A stretch of DNA of 64,000 bases, taken from Octopus bimaculoides. Lineage: Eukaryota. The notes under the pieces are model-generated. The model had not been told where the DNA came from. It was given only the letters and a program-made list of their open reading frames with translations, and ran no database searches. Within the stretch, counting starts at the first letter, position 1. Each line of letters starts with the position of its first letter. Below are positions 25,330 to 37,989 of this stretch, piece after piece. The stretch lies in NCBI RefSeq assembly GCF_001194135.2, contig NC_068981.1, positions 156,606,715-156,670,714 of the forward strand. Direction: 5' to 3'. A program made the position numbers and the translations under genes.

Positions 25330-25690
25330 AAAAAATTAACAATGTGTAATCTTCAATAGGGAGATGTTCGAGAGCTGCTCATAGAAAAAACCCCTTAAAA
25401 ACCATGGGTACTCTGACTTTTGAGGCAGGTGCCCGTTTCTTTTCCTTTTTGTTTTTTCAAACTACAGGCGTATACTCAGAGCAGGCCCCTTCACTCGCAT
25501 CATTCTCGCCACTTTCATCCACCTTTCAGCAAACTGGCTAGAAAACAACACTTCTCTCTCTACCCTTGTTTTCCTTTTCAAGTGAGTCTTGGAGAAGTTG
25601 ATTAGGGATTGGCCAAAAAGAAAAGCGTTTGTCTTCAGCACCTTCAATCTTGTCCACCATACAACCTCTTTCGCCATGGCCACCAGTCAT
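25330..25690 (-). mobile_element. Tx1-like LINE 3' terminal fragment
   Basis: MAKEVVWWTRLK..ERWMKVARMMRVKGPALSIRL* homologous to 39640-39863. Confidence 0.8.
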
Positions 25691-25811
25691 ATGAACAAAA
25701 GTGAAGTTGACGCTGCTTCGTGTACTTTAGAATGTTACATTTCAAATAAAGATTTGTGCACTCAAGCTTTGTGTATTAGATTACATAACCCAGTTCAGAT
25801 CTGCAATTAGG

Positions 25812-25960
<149 letters not shown>

Positions 25961-26306
25961 ATAGACGTCCATTGATCCACATATACATATATCTAACTAG
26001 CCGCATTCATATACATACAACACTCTACACTCTCACAAGTATATGTGTGTACGTGTGTATCTATGTAGGTATGTAAGTAAAAATATACGTCTATATATCA
26101 GCAGAGAAACTATAACCAAAATACAATATCATAGTAATAGTTCTCATTAAAATATTTCTCATCAACGTATTGTTCATTTCCACTGTTAGGTACGGTATAG
26201 ATACATACATACAAACACACACACCCGCATACATACATACATACATACATACATACATACATACATACATACATACATACATACATACATAATGCATACA
26301 TACATA

Positions 26307-27593
26307 TTAAGTTGTTCGGAAAATAACGGTCGATTTCAGAAACATAATTTTATTCTGGAAAAATTAATAATAGAAATGTTTTGATTAGTCAAAGTATGGG
26401 CCTTGAACATCTATGCATCTCTGCTATCGATCAACGAGATTATTTATGCCACGTTGACAAAAACTTATTGGCTTTGATACTAAGAAATCTTTGAAAGCTG
26501 ATTCTACCTCTGGTTTGAACCTGAACGCTTTATCACTTAAAAACGTGTTTAAATGCTTTAAAAAAATGGTAGTCAATTGGGTGAAAGATCAGGAGAATAT
26601 GGAGGATGTGGTCAAGTCTTGTCTCCCAAGTCTGTGAGTTCATACAACATCATTCTTGCAACATGTGGCTTTGCATTATCGTGGAGCAGAATTGGGCTAC
26701 GCCGATTCACCAATGCAGGTCTCATTTTTTGCAAGTGAGCATGCTTTTCAGTGAGTTGATTGCAGTAAACCTCTGCTGTAATGCTCTGATTCGTTTCCAG
26801 AAAGCTGTAATGGACAACATCAATTGCAGACTACCAGACAGTCACCGTAATCTTTTGCTGATGCAACATTGGCTTTGAGAAATGTTTGGGGGATTCATCA
26901 CGATTAAGTCACAAACCCAATCGTTTACGGTTATCATAAAGGATCCACTTTTCGTCACAAGTGAAAATTCGGTCAAGAAAAGGATCATTGGTGTTTCGCA
27001 GAAAGAGTATCGAGCACACTTCAAAACGCCAAACTTTTTGATTTTCATTGAGCTCATGCAGTGCCCATTTATCAAGCTTTTTCACCTTACCAATCTTCCG
27101 CAGATTACGTGAGACCGTTGCAATACCGACATCAAGTGCCTGAGACATTTCTCTGACACTTTGACGTGGGTTTTGTTCAACAATTGCTTTCAATTGTTCA
27201 TTGTGAAGACTGCATGACCGTCCTCTACCTTCTTCATCTTCAAGGCTCTCATCACAACTACGAAACTTCTGAAACCACCTTCGTACTGTGCGATCACTTG
27301 TGGATCCCTCTCCCCATGCTCTGTTGATATTGGCAGCAGTTTGGGAGACATTGTGCCCAAGGTTGAACTCATGCAAGAAAAGTAATCGAAGGTCTTTTTT
27401 TGTCATCTTCATAGTTAAGGGCGCCTATGCATTAAGAATATTTTCTGTCTGAAACAAGTAGAAAATTATCAAAGAGCATACATCAATTATTAAGTATGTC
27501 AAAATTCATCTAAAATATAATTAAAATACTATGATAAAATTGTGTTTCAAAAACACAACACTTAGAGCGGCCATTATTTTCGGAACAATATAA
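26307..27593 (-). mobile_element. Near full-length mariner transposon (~1.29 kb), transposase frameshifted
   Basis: ORF 26909-27412 with HTH and TCDEKW; downstream HPPYSPDL; imperfect ~26-bp TIRs. Confidence 0.92.
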
Positions 27594-27747
27594 TTGATGT
27601 ATGTGTGTATGCATGCATGCATGCGTATATGTATGTATGTATGTATGTATGTATATGTGTGTGTATGTGTGTATGTATGTATGCACTGGAGTCCTAATTC
27701 TATCCACCCATCCATCCATCCATCCATCCAGCCATGCATACATACAT

Positions 27748-28120
27748 GCATACATACGTGATACTCCGTCGGTTACGACAACGAGGTTTCCAGTTGATCC
27801 GATCAACGGAACAACCTGCTCGTGAAATTAACGTGTAAGTGGTTGAGCACTCCAGATACATGTACCCTTCACGTAGTTCTTGGGGAGATTCAGCGTGACA
27901 CAGAGTGTGACAAGGCTGGCCCTTTGAAATACAGGTACAACAGAAACAGGAAGAAAGTGTGGTGAAAGAGTGCAGCAGGGTTCGCCACTACCCCCTGCCA
28001 AGCTTCGTGGAGCTTTAGGTGTTTTCACTCGATAAACACACACAACGCCCGGTCTGGGAATCGAAACCGCGATCCTACGACTGCGAGTCCGCTGCCCTAA
28101 CCACTGGGCCATTGCGCCTC
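27748..28120 (-). mobile_element. tRNA-derived SINE, family C (~370 bp)
   Basis: Head gaggcgcaatggcccagtggttagggcagcggactc..ggtttcgattccc; inserted in (TACA)n. Confidence 0.85.
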
Positions 28121-28164
28121 GCACATACATACATACATACATACATACATACATACATACGTAC

Positions 28165-28195
<31 letters not shown>

Positions 28196-28249
28196 CATAC
28201 ATACATACATACATGCATACATACATACATGTACCGTCATAAAGGTCAG

Positions 28250-28500
28250 CTGTCCTACTGATGTGAATATTTCTTTGAAAATCAAAGGGAAAGAGGATAA
28301 CTGTGGACAACTGCTTCGAAACCTCCAGCTTCTATATCTGGATTACAAATTCATATTTATACCAATAATAATTGGGGCACTTAGTTTTGTGAATAAGTGC
28401 TTAACTGACAGACTGGATAAGCTTGGGTTATCAGAAAAAGAAATCAACCAGCCAACACTCATTACAAACACAATCTGTAAGTGGAAAAGTAAAAATATGC
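28250..28500 (+). mobile_element. RLE-type LINE 3' fragment
   Basis: DVNISLKIKGKEDNCGQLLRNLQLLY..IPIIIGAL; homologous to 57760-58180. Confidence 0.75.
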
Positions 28501-28845
28501 AAGACTTTTTTCATATTCAAAATGTGATGTTGTTTTCGTTATCTAAATTCCAACGTGGGAGCTTTGTATCTTTGTTAGAAACCAGCTCCTTCCCCAGAGA
28601 AAGAACATAAATATTTAAAAGCAGAAGAGAAAATTCATACACATTTAACGGCTTCTCTTTCGCGGACAGAATTTACCATGATGTAACTGGTGTTGCAAAG
28701 GGAACGCGGATGCAACGCCGTGTGAGCGTACATAAATGCATAAATATAAATAAGTATGTATGCAAACACAGACTTAAATTCTGATACACACACAGATAGA
28801 TAGATAGATAGATAGACAGATAGATAGATAGATAAAGATGACTGT

Positions 28846-28927
28846 GGCCGGTCTATGGCGTTACCCTGGGTTTCACGTCTATAAAGCGCTTAGCTTTACG
28901 GCGTTTCATCAGACAATAATGGCCGGT
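28846..28927 (-). ncRNA. Type I hammerhead ribozyme candidate
   Basis: CTGATGA 28912-28906; ~11-bp stem II; GAAA 28874-28871; ACCC-A-GGGT stem III; GUA 28864-28862; stem I tgt/acg plus distal ccgg pairing. Confidence 0.65.
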
Positions 28928-29984
28928 GGTTTATAATCTCTCTACAAAGTGGAGGAAGAAAGGACTTCGTAACTAGTTGACCACTCGGACGAAGGGTTAA
29001 GAACAGAGATTTTCTCCCTTAGACTGCTATCCGTAGTCGACCTGGTCGGCTTGTGAGTTCCAGGACTTTAGTAGGACACTCATGAAGTGTTAGCAGGATC
29101 TTAAGGTTTCCGTCGTGGAATTTAAGATGTTCCTCGGGTCGAGAAAGTTCTGCTTTAATTTTCTCGCCCGGTATATATACATAGGCATAGTGATGCAAAA
29201 TAGAAAAACAGGAATCAAATTATGAGTATATGCTTATTTTTATTAATATTTAGCGGAAGCAACAAAGTGACTCAAAGACCAAGAGTTTCGTGAATTGGCA
29301 CTTATCAAACCAAGTGATATGTGCTAACGCACAAAACTCTCGTTTGTGTGACACAGACACAGACACAGACACACACACACGCACATACACAAAGTTGTCA
29401 CCTTTGCCTTTGTGTGAGTTAAACATTGCGCAGCAGCGTTTACCTCTTCTCAATACAGGTATAGTGCAAATTCATTTAAATTATCGAGTTCGTCGCATCA
29501 AATGTTAAGCTATGACCTTTTTTTTTTAGCCGTATGTTAGTTAACTGAGTTAAGCATAACACCACATAATTCCTGCTCTTTGTACCACAGAACAATTACA
29601 GTCAGTTTTGATGTAATTCGTACGTGTATTGTTTAAAGAAAAACAAATATTTATTGTAATGCTCTACCAATAATCATTAGATAATGGTGTATGAATGGAG
29701 TCGAAAATAAAACCAAACACACACGCATGGCGTTATATGCGCTGAAAGAGAGAATGAGAGAGAGGAATAGAAGAGGTAAGACAGGCAGACAGAAATGGTG
29801 ACTGAGGAGTAGGAATGCATACACACTCACTCGTGCTCTCTGCCTTTCTTTCCTTCATACATACACAAATAATCATTTGCAAAATAACAGGTAATAGCTG
29901 TAAATAGTCCAGTATCACTCTTAATGAAGGTATTTTCTGTGTAACATAACACTACTGAATTTCTCTAGAAAGTTTAACCTTCTA

Positions 29985-30390
29985 TGGGGGTCGACTGAAA
30001 AATTCAAAGGTTAGCCAAAATACTCTCGTGGAATCTGACCAAATGAGATTTATCTTTTAACATAGTTTTCTACCATCGGAGCTGCAATACTATGGTCCCA
30101 TTGGGGAAGAAGCTTTCATCCTGTAGGTAAAAAAAGTCATCAACAGCAGATATGAAGTCACGATTACTGCGATATTTGTTCCTATCCAAGTGCTTTTTCT
30201 TGTTGAGGAACAGATGATAGTCAGATAAGGCGAAATCAAGAGAATAAGGAAGGTGATCAACCACATCGAAGCCACAGTCACGCTCAGCAGTCATTAAAAC
30301 CAAAGATTTGAGTGCTGAAGCATTGTTATGATGAAGCAAGACTCCTTTTGTCAGTTTTCCTGGGCTTTGGTGTTGCACGTAGAGCACTTG
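29985..30390 (-). mobile_element. mariner transposase C-terminal fragment + TIR
   Basis: GVLLHHNNA..HLPYSLDFALSDYHLF..KKHL. Confidence 0.85.
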
Positions 30391-30399
30391 GAGTTTTTT

Positions 30400-30870
30400 T
30401 CACCCCCCACCTTCCATAGTAATCAATGGAATAACAATCGAGGGAATTAGGAGACACGAAAGTGAGGCTGGTGAAGTCGTAGAAATTCTCCGACTACTAC
30501 CTCTGACTTGGAGATATGGTAAGGAACCAAATCCTGCTGTCACACATATGGTCTTCCAGCAGAAACTCTCACCTGTCAGAGTTTGACCACAGTCATCAGT
30601 ACTTTCATATAGCTATTAAACTGATCCTAAAGCGCTGTTCAAAGATGTGGGGGCGAATTCCGGTGTTATGGACGCAGTCAAAACACCCACTGTATCCCTT
30701 CCTACTGGTCATAGCTTCGTAGTCTCTGCAGATCTCCATGTCATGCCTTATAACCTTTGCAGTGTTTATAGAGCATTGAACAGCAGTCATGGTGTCAGTA
30801 TTTTGAAACCCAGTGTGAATCATCATGATACCGTTAACTCTTTTCCAATATTCAATATACCTCTTAGCTA
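30400..30870 (-). mobile_element. maT/Tc1-like transposase remnant, internally deleted
   Basis: TAVQCSINTAKVIRHDME..TPEF|PHIFE..AGRPYV*QQD..SPNSLDC..IDYY. Confidence 0.7.
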
Positions 30871-31931
30871 AGTTTTTCTTAACTCCAACTTTAATATTTA
30901 TGCTTTCCAACGCCGTTGGCTGTTCACCAATGCATCGAGCAGTTCATATAAAAAGGAGACATAAAAATCGTCTATCATCGATATGTGATTTTAATAGTTT
31001 GAATAATATGAACAACACCACCAACAACAGTATTCCCACTATCACCGCCATCACCAAAACCAAAACCATTACAACCAATACACATCTACCAACCATCTGA
31101 CAACTATAATAGTATTAGCATGTTTGTGAGAGGGGGTGGGGAGAAAGAGAGAGAGAAAGGAAGAAAGAGAGAGAGTGAGGAGTTAGAGGGTCAAGTGGCC
31201 AAGAACCCGGTGACCCTTCAATTAACTGTAATTATGTAGTACTTTCCTTTCTCCCACCGCGTCCTTTCAGTCTTTCTTCTCAGTTCCATTCTAAGGAAAG
31301 AGATCTTTGATCTTACAAAACAGTTTTTTTTCCTGGTGCTATTTGTTTTACTATAAATTTGTTGTGAATAACTGTTGATAGCTGCTGCTGTTGGATCTAC
31401 CCACAATTCAAGATGCTTGGAAGACAGGAAAAATCAGCCGCATTGCCAAAACATTAACGCTTGCAACATCTAGAAAGAAATTAAGTCGAGAGCTCGAGGA
31501 GCTATTCAGTTAACTGACTGAACCTTATTTCTACATAAATCTGATGCGATGCTCAAAATGGATCAATTCTTGAATATCTGAATCGAGGATCAGACTTCAC
31601 TTAATATGCCGATGTGACAGACCACCCCCGTCGGAAAAAAAAGTTTGTATGACGATTTGCGGAAAAACAAGATGAGAATCATCTAACGAAAAATATTTTC
31701 TGGTTAGTGAAAGCTGGTTTGAAAGGTTTAATAACAATTTGTGTGACGTAAAAATGAATGCTGAACCTGCTGGTGCTACTAACTATCAAGAGCAGTTGAA
31801 AAAAATGTTTGCTGAAGGGCTCTAGATACCAGAGCAAGTATAAAATATTGATAAAGTTGCATTTTCCTGGAAGTGTGTGCTTGCTAGAATATTTATTCCC
31901 TGAGATGAAAAAAAAAATCACCACTGGGATA

Positions 31932-32151
31932 TACGTGGGCATGCTGAAAAGTTCTTGGCTTTAAAGGTGTCACGAAAGGCCTGGTTGTAGGCCCAACCTT
32001 CCGAGTTCTTTTACAAGGCTTATAAAAACTGAAGCACCGCTGCAAATAGTGTGTGAACCTGAGAGGAGAATATGCTGAATAAAATTATAATTAATTGATC
32101 CTCCTGTATTTTCTTTTACCCAAAGCTAGGAACTTTTCAGCACCCCTCGTA
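31932..32151. mobile_element. mariner-type MITE with TA duplication
   Basis: ~30-bp imperfect TIRs; removal restores gga tat aag tct tcc (GYKSS) in the host transposase. Confidence 0.9.
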
Positions 32152-32751
32152 AGTCTTCCAAAATTCGTCTGACGCTTCTGCAGGGAGGAAACGTGGCTGG
32201 TGATATGAATTTAAAGCCTCTACTCATGAATCACTCTGAAAATCAAAGGGCTTTCAAGGGTTACGCTAAGATTACCTTTGATTTGGTGTTCAAATAAAAA
32301 GGCATAAGAGTATTTCGAAGAATAGTATACAAACACGTTTTGTCCTACTGTAGAAAGGTACCGTGCCAGACATTAACATTTCCAACAAAGATTTGCTGTT
32401 TCAGGACAATGAACCAAACTATCAAGTAAACTAAAATTGGTTTTTGAGAATGTGGGATTGGAATGTATACTGAAGAATATAACTTCTTTGCTTCAGCCAA
32501 TGAATCAAAGTGTGACAGCTAACATTAATGCAGATTATCTGAGAAGAATTTTCAACCTTACGAAAGCAGTTAACAGTAAGGATAAACCCACAGTTAAAGA
32601 CTTCAAGTTCAACATAATATTATGCAGTGAATAGCATAACTCAATCATGGGACGATGTGAAATCCTATACTTTGAATGGTGCTTGATAAAATATATAGCC
32701 AGGCTGAATTTGTGACTTTACAAGTTTTTCACAAGTAGAAATTCTTCAGGT

Positions 32752-33161
32752 GTAGGCGTGGCTGTGTGGTAAGAAGCTTGCTACCCAACCACACGGTTCC
32801 GCGTAAAGCCCTACTGCGTAGCACCTTGGGCAAGTGTCTTCTACTCAATCTCGGACTGACCAAAGCCTTGTGAGTGGATTTGGTAGACTGAAACTGAAAG
32901 AAACCCCGTTGTATATTTATAACCAGCTATCTACGAGTGTGTGTCTTTTTGTCTGTGTTTGTCCCCAATCGGTGTTGGTGGTTTTACGTACTCATAACTT
33001 AGCAGTTCGGCAAAATAAACCGATAGAATAAGTATCAGGGTTAACAAAATAAATGAAGTAAGTAATTAATAAGTACTAGGGTCGATTCATTCGCTAAAAG
33101 TTCTTCAAGGCGGTGCCCCAGCATGGCCGCAGTCTAATGACTGAAACAAGTAAAAGACAAA
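32752..33161 (+). mobile_element. tRNA-derived SINE, family B (~410 bp)
   Basis: Head ggcgtggctgtgtggtaagaagcttgct..; body gcaccttgggcaagtgtcttctact; tail ..gactgaaacaagtaaaaga. Confidence 0.85.
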
Positions 33162-34059
33162 AGGTTAAATTTGGGAAGATATCGTAACGCTTGCAAATAA
33201 TGTAGGGCTTGAAGAAGTCATAGCGAATAATGAGGTTGAGCTGCTAGTTTCCACTTAAATTCACTGTAAAGAATACTGTTAAGAGGTTGGCACTTTAAAG
33301 GAATGTCTGCAGGTTTTTGATTATAAAGATCCTTATCGTGAACGTAATAAAGATTACAAGAGGAGTTTACAATGAGCTCAGTTCCTAGACTGAGTATACA
33401 AAGAGATGATGCGCTGTAAACATAAAATAACTTAAATTCTTCACAACTCAAACAGATGTTGATGATGAGGAATTAAAAGATAGAAGAACGTGTCCCGCAT
33501 CCTCTCGCCATTAGCTCTCATTTCACCAAAATCCTCACAGAATAAGTCAATATTTTTTGCGTGAAGAATGTACTCCATTACGATATTACGATTCTTATGC
33601 ATTCCTTCAGCTAGTTCTCTTCAAATGTTTTAATGCAAATATATTGTACTATGTACGTTAAGAAATTATTATTTTTGTGACTAAAAGTTGGTCGTGCTGT
33701 TTGTTTGCTATTGTTGTGGTGTTGGTTTGTTTTTCGGAAAAAAAAATCCTTCGCAATGCATGTCACTTTATCATATAAAAGTAGATAGGAAAATTAATTT
33801 CGGGTTATGGAATTTCACATAAAACAAAACTATCATGAACCCACAACTTACGAAACACGAGGTGTTCGCGCATGCGCGCTTGTAACCTGGCAGAACGTTT
33901 TAATTATAGTTTATATAGAATGCTCTAGTTCAACAGCAAGAGTAAACGGTACCACTGCGTGGTACTGCGTTTGTAGTTAGAATAGCGTGGTATCACTTCA
34001 ACTATGTAACCAGGTATAGTACTACTAAGTGGTGAATCTGCCAGTGTTGATATAGAATC

Positions 34060-34310
34060 CAGAGAGCTGAAAAAGATGATTGCTGAAGGGTGCTAGATAC
34101 CACAGAGCAAGTATACAATATTGATAAATTTGCATTTTCCTGGAAGCCCATGCCTGCTAGAATATTTAGGGGGGGGGGGAATCAACACCAGGATTCCAAA
34201 ATTTATCTGACGCTTCTTCAGGGAGGAAATGTGATGGTGATATAAATTCAAAGCCTCTACTAGTGTATAACTCTGAAAATCAAAAGGTTTTCAAAGGTTA
34301 CGCTAAGTAC
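34060..34310 (+). mobile_element. Second Tigger-like fragment (no MITE)
   Basis: Homologous to 31790-31931 joined to 32152-32270. Confidence 0.8.
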
Positions 34311-34679
34311 CACCAGTTCTTATTGACATTGCTGAACTCCACCATCCTGTGGTGCAATGAATACTTACACTGTTGAACAATAACATCCTGTGCCACTTTG
34401 AAACTACACAGTCGGACTACACTAGCTTGCGGTGACGTGAATACTTCTGAATAGTACCATTCAATGGTACTGTACCTATTACCATTGTTGAAATATGTGA
34501 TACTGAAAGTATGTACACTGTTGAACTGTAGTCCCGTATGGCAACGTGACGACTAACTAGCATGGCTTGGTAACATGTACAATGCTTTCGCTAATTGTTT
34601 TAGGTGGATATGTATCCGCAAGCAAACGTAGACACCCTCTTGTGGTCTGCCATCCAAGATGTTGTAGTAGGAAAAAAGG

Positions 34680-34778
34680 AGAGAGAGGGATGGGAAAGAT
34701 TGGATATATATAGAGAGAGAAGGAGAGAAAAGGAAAACGAGAAGGAGGGAGAGAGAAGGTGAGAGAAAGGAGGAAAGG

Positions 34779-34846
<68 letters not shown>

Positions 34847-34850
34847 AGGA
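34680..34850. repeat. (GA)n purine tract
   Basis: Direct reading. Confidence 0.95.
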
Positions 34851-34879
34851 TGGAGAGAGGAGAAAGACAGCTCTGGGCT

Positions 34880-35043
34880 GTCACAAATTTTTAGCTGTGT
34901 AGACTGGAGCATTGGCAAATGAAGTGCCTTGCTTAAAGACACAACGTACCCCCGGGTTTAGGAATTGATCCTGCGGCGTAATTATCTTAGTCGTGACAAT
35001 AACAATTGCTCCACAACACCCAAACCACTAGGCTACGCGCCTT
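34880..35043 (-). mobile_element. tRNA-derived SINE fragment, family D
   Basis: Body similar to 46740-46860 (aaatgaagtg..ttgct.aag..c.caac). Confidence 0.55.
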
Positions 35044-35337
35044 CGTAAACACACATTCAAACACACACCCACACCCAATATATTTACGTCTATACATGTA
35101 CATATATATGTCTGGGTGTGTTTGCGCAGGTGTGTGCGTGTGTTTGTTTGTGTGTGTGTGTGTGTGTGTGCGTGTGTGCGTGTGTGCATGTGTTTGAGGT
35201 GAGATGAAGTGGCTGTTGGTTGTAAATGTGGCATTTGTCATAATGTAAAGGGTGCACAGGGCTAATATTAGGCAAAACTAGAAGAAACAAGAGTGACAGA
35301 TCAGGAAAGAAAGAAAGAAAGAAAGAAAGAAAGAAGT

Positions 35338-35368
<31 letters not shown>

Positions 35369-35380
35369 GGGAGAGAGAGG

Positions 35381-35620
35381 NNNNNNNNNNNNNNNNNNNN
35401 NNNNNNNNNNNNNNNNNNNNNNNNNNNNNNNNNNNNNNNNNNNNNNNNNNNNNNNNNNNNNNNNNNNNNNNNNNNNNNNNNNNNNNNNNNNNNNNNNNNN
35501 NNNNNNNNNNNNNNNNNNNNNNNNNNNNNNNNNNNNNNNNNNNNNNNNNNNNNNNNNNNNNNNNNNNNNNNNNNNNNNNNNNNNNNNNNNNNNNNNNNNN
35601 NNNNNNNNNNNNNNNNNNNT
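35381..35620. other. Assembly gap (N) inside (GA)n
   Basis: N run. Confidence 0.99.
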
Positions 35621-36578
35621 AGGGGGAGGGGAGAGAGAGGGAGAGAGGGGGGGAAGAGAGAGGGATTAATAGGAAATATATGTAATAGAAAGGATGAAGA
35701 ACGGTTATAGAAATGAAATAAGCTATAAATTGTCAACAAAGGGTGAAGAAAGACATGCGGAGGATTTAAACAAGATAACAAAAACAACAAAAACAAAAAT
35801 AAAAGAGTATTTCGTAAAGTAAAAATAAATAAGATTTGTGGAGCGATTAAGCGTTATCGATATGGTTGGGAAGTATAAAACTACTTCGTTTTTGTTGGCG
35901 AGACTGAATATTAAATGACAACTCTTGAGGATATATTTTGACGTGATAATATCTGTTAAGACTTAAAATAGATAACACCATTGATCTGACTTTGAAACCG
36001 GCAAGGCATAAATATAGTTAATGCGTATTTTAAATTTGGGCTTAGGAGATTTTTCACTGAGATTAAAGGACGTTTTTGATATGGGATCTGAGTTCCCATC
36101 CCTCTCTCTCTGCATGTGTGTGTGCGTGTGTGTGTGTATGTGTGTGTGTGTGTGTGTGTTTGTATGAGTGTATGTGTGGGTGTATTTTAATGTATATACA
36201 TTGATATTCTAGTTTTGTCCTTTACTCAAGGTTTCTTCATATTTTAGTATGAGCAGTATGTTTTTATTTATTTTTGTTTCAGGTTTTTTTTTTTTGGTGG
36301 GGAAAAAAAGAGTAGAGTTCCTAAACCTCCATCAGTGTTTTTTTTAACCCCCATTGTCTCATATTCAGGGTGAATTGATGTTGAAATGTATTACATTGGC
36401 AGGGCCAATGTTTATAGATGTTACTGCCGAAATTTAAAATTTGTCTGTGTGTTTATTTTACTGTCGTGTACCATGAGCATTGCTTCTACCATTAATAAAC
36501 TGTTGTCATGAGGAATTCTGTAGAGTATAAATGTACTGTCCACTAATGTTTTGCTGTCTAGTTTTGTTTTGTGTAGTT

Positions 36579-36844
36579 TTGGGTTGGTGCATAATTATTG
36601 CGGCTTTTTTTTTTTTTTCAACAATTTTTTATTCAACAAAAACAATAACATGTAACAAAAAAAAAAAAACATCTTTAAATGATTATTCCGGAGTATATTC
36701 ACCATCTGCTTCAATTACTGCTTCCCATTTGCTTGGCACACGGTCAGACAGTCATTTTAAGATATTTTTTTGTTAAATATTGTTATTGCTTTTGTTGAAT
36801 AAAATTTGTTGAAAAAAAGCCGCAATAATTATGCACCAACCCAA
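36579..36844. mobile_element. mariner-derived MITE with ~80-bp TIRs
   Basis: ttgggttggtgcataattattgcggc.. and reverse complement; minus-strand core encodes the transposase end PSKWEAVIEADGEY. Confidence 0.88.
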
Positions 36845-36931
36845 TACGTTGCAACTGCTCCCTGTTGGACGTGCTTAATGAACCGGCAGAGATATCGTAC
36901 TTTCGTTATTTATGGCGCTAACTGTAATATT

Positions 36932-37142
36932 GATTTCAAATTTTGATTTAAGGCCATCAATTTCGGGGGAGGGGTAAGTTGATTAAACTGACACCAGTGT
37001 TCAACTGGTGCTTATTTCATCAACCCCAGAAAGTCGATAAGCAAAATCAACCTCAGCAGAATTTGAGCTCAACGTGAAGAGGGAAGGAATACTGCTAAGT
37101 ATTTTGCTCGGTGTGCTGAAGATTCTGCCAGCTCACTGCCTT
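36932..37142 (-). mobile_element. tRNA-derived SINE, family A
   Basis: Family homology; diverged 18-bp TSD ggcgctaactgtaatatt / ggctctaacggtagtatt. Confidence 0.85.
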
Positions 37143-37230
37143 GGCTCTAACGGTAGTATTAGCCATATATCCAGCTCAATAGGTTTACATCTTTACTGAG
37201 AACTTATTTGTTAAGGTCAATATGATATCC

Positions 37231-37403
37231 AAGGTGGCGAGCAGGCAGAATGGTGAGTACGCCGGCTAAAATGCTTAGTGGCATTTCATCCGTCTTTACG
37301 TTCTGGGTTCAAATTCTGCTGGGGTCTACTTTGCACCAGTTGAGCGCTAGAGTAGACTTAACCCCTTCCCTCGAAATACAGGCCTTGTGCCAAAATTTGA
37401 AAC
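37231..37403 (+). mobile_element. tRNA-derived SINE, family A (internal deletion)
   Basis: Exact 13-bp TSD caatatgatatcc at 37218-37230 and 37404-37416. Confidence 0.88.
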
Positions 37404-37989
37404 CAATATGATATCCCTACTTGAATATTTTTCTTTTGTAGCAGTAACCGCTAATAAACTCTCTTCCTGCAATTCTTTCGTTGGTTTTCTACAGTGTTCT
37501 TCAATCAGAATCTCAAAGATATTACCATAGATACTGTGTAACTTTGGGGCAATGAAATTACAATACTTCCTTCGGATTTATTCTAGCCACACTGCTTTAT
37601 ACTGTATCATCCTCAGAAGGAAGCACTGTGATTATTATTGGTTGTCCCACCATTTCTCTACACTGCTGATCCATTTCAACTGAAGTTCTTGATAATAGTT
37701 TTTCTATCAGCTACACTTTCTCTTTTCTGGTGTTGGAGTTTCTCACTGCCTCTTTTAGTTTCTGTTTGGCGTTCAATTTATATCCAAGTTATTTGTCTTA
37801 TTTCTTTCCATACAACCCAACATAAAGGTTTTGTTTTCATAATTTTATAACAATTACATCAGTCATTATTGAGTTTTTATAACCCCCATGAAAAATGAAC
37901 CTTATATGATTTCAGTTTCTACTATAACTACAGTTTATATGATTTACCTTTTCAATGCTTGAATGTTTTCTTCTTTAATTAAATCGAGA

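Larger units (their letters stand above)
31450..33890 (+). mobile_element. Tigger/pogo-like transposase remnant interrupted by a MITE and a SINE
   Basis: SWFERF..PEQV*NIDKVAFSWK..GYKSSKIRLTLLQGGNVAGD..LKPLL..HSENQRAFKGY; ends approximate. Confidence 0.75.

Noticed and set aside
28040-28120. tRNA gene (also the heads at 20889, 32752, 46790)
   Set aside because: No complete cloverleaf, and each continues into a SINE body.
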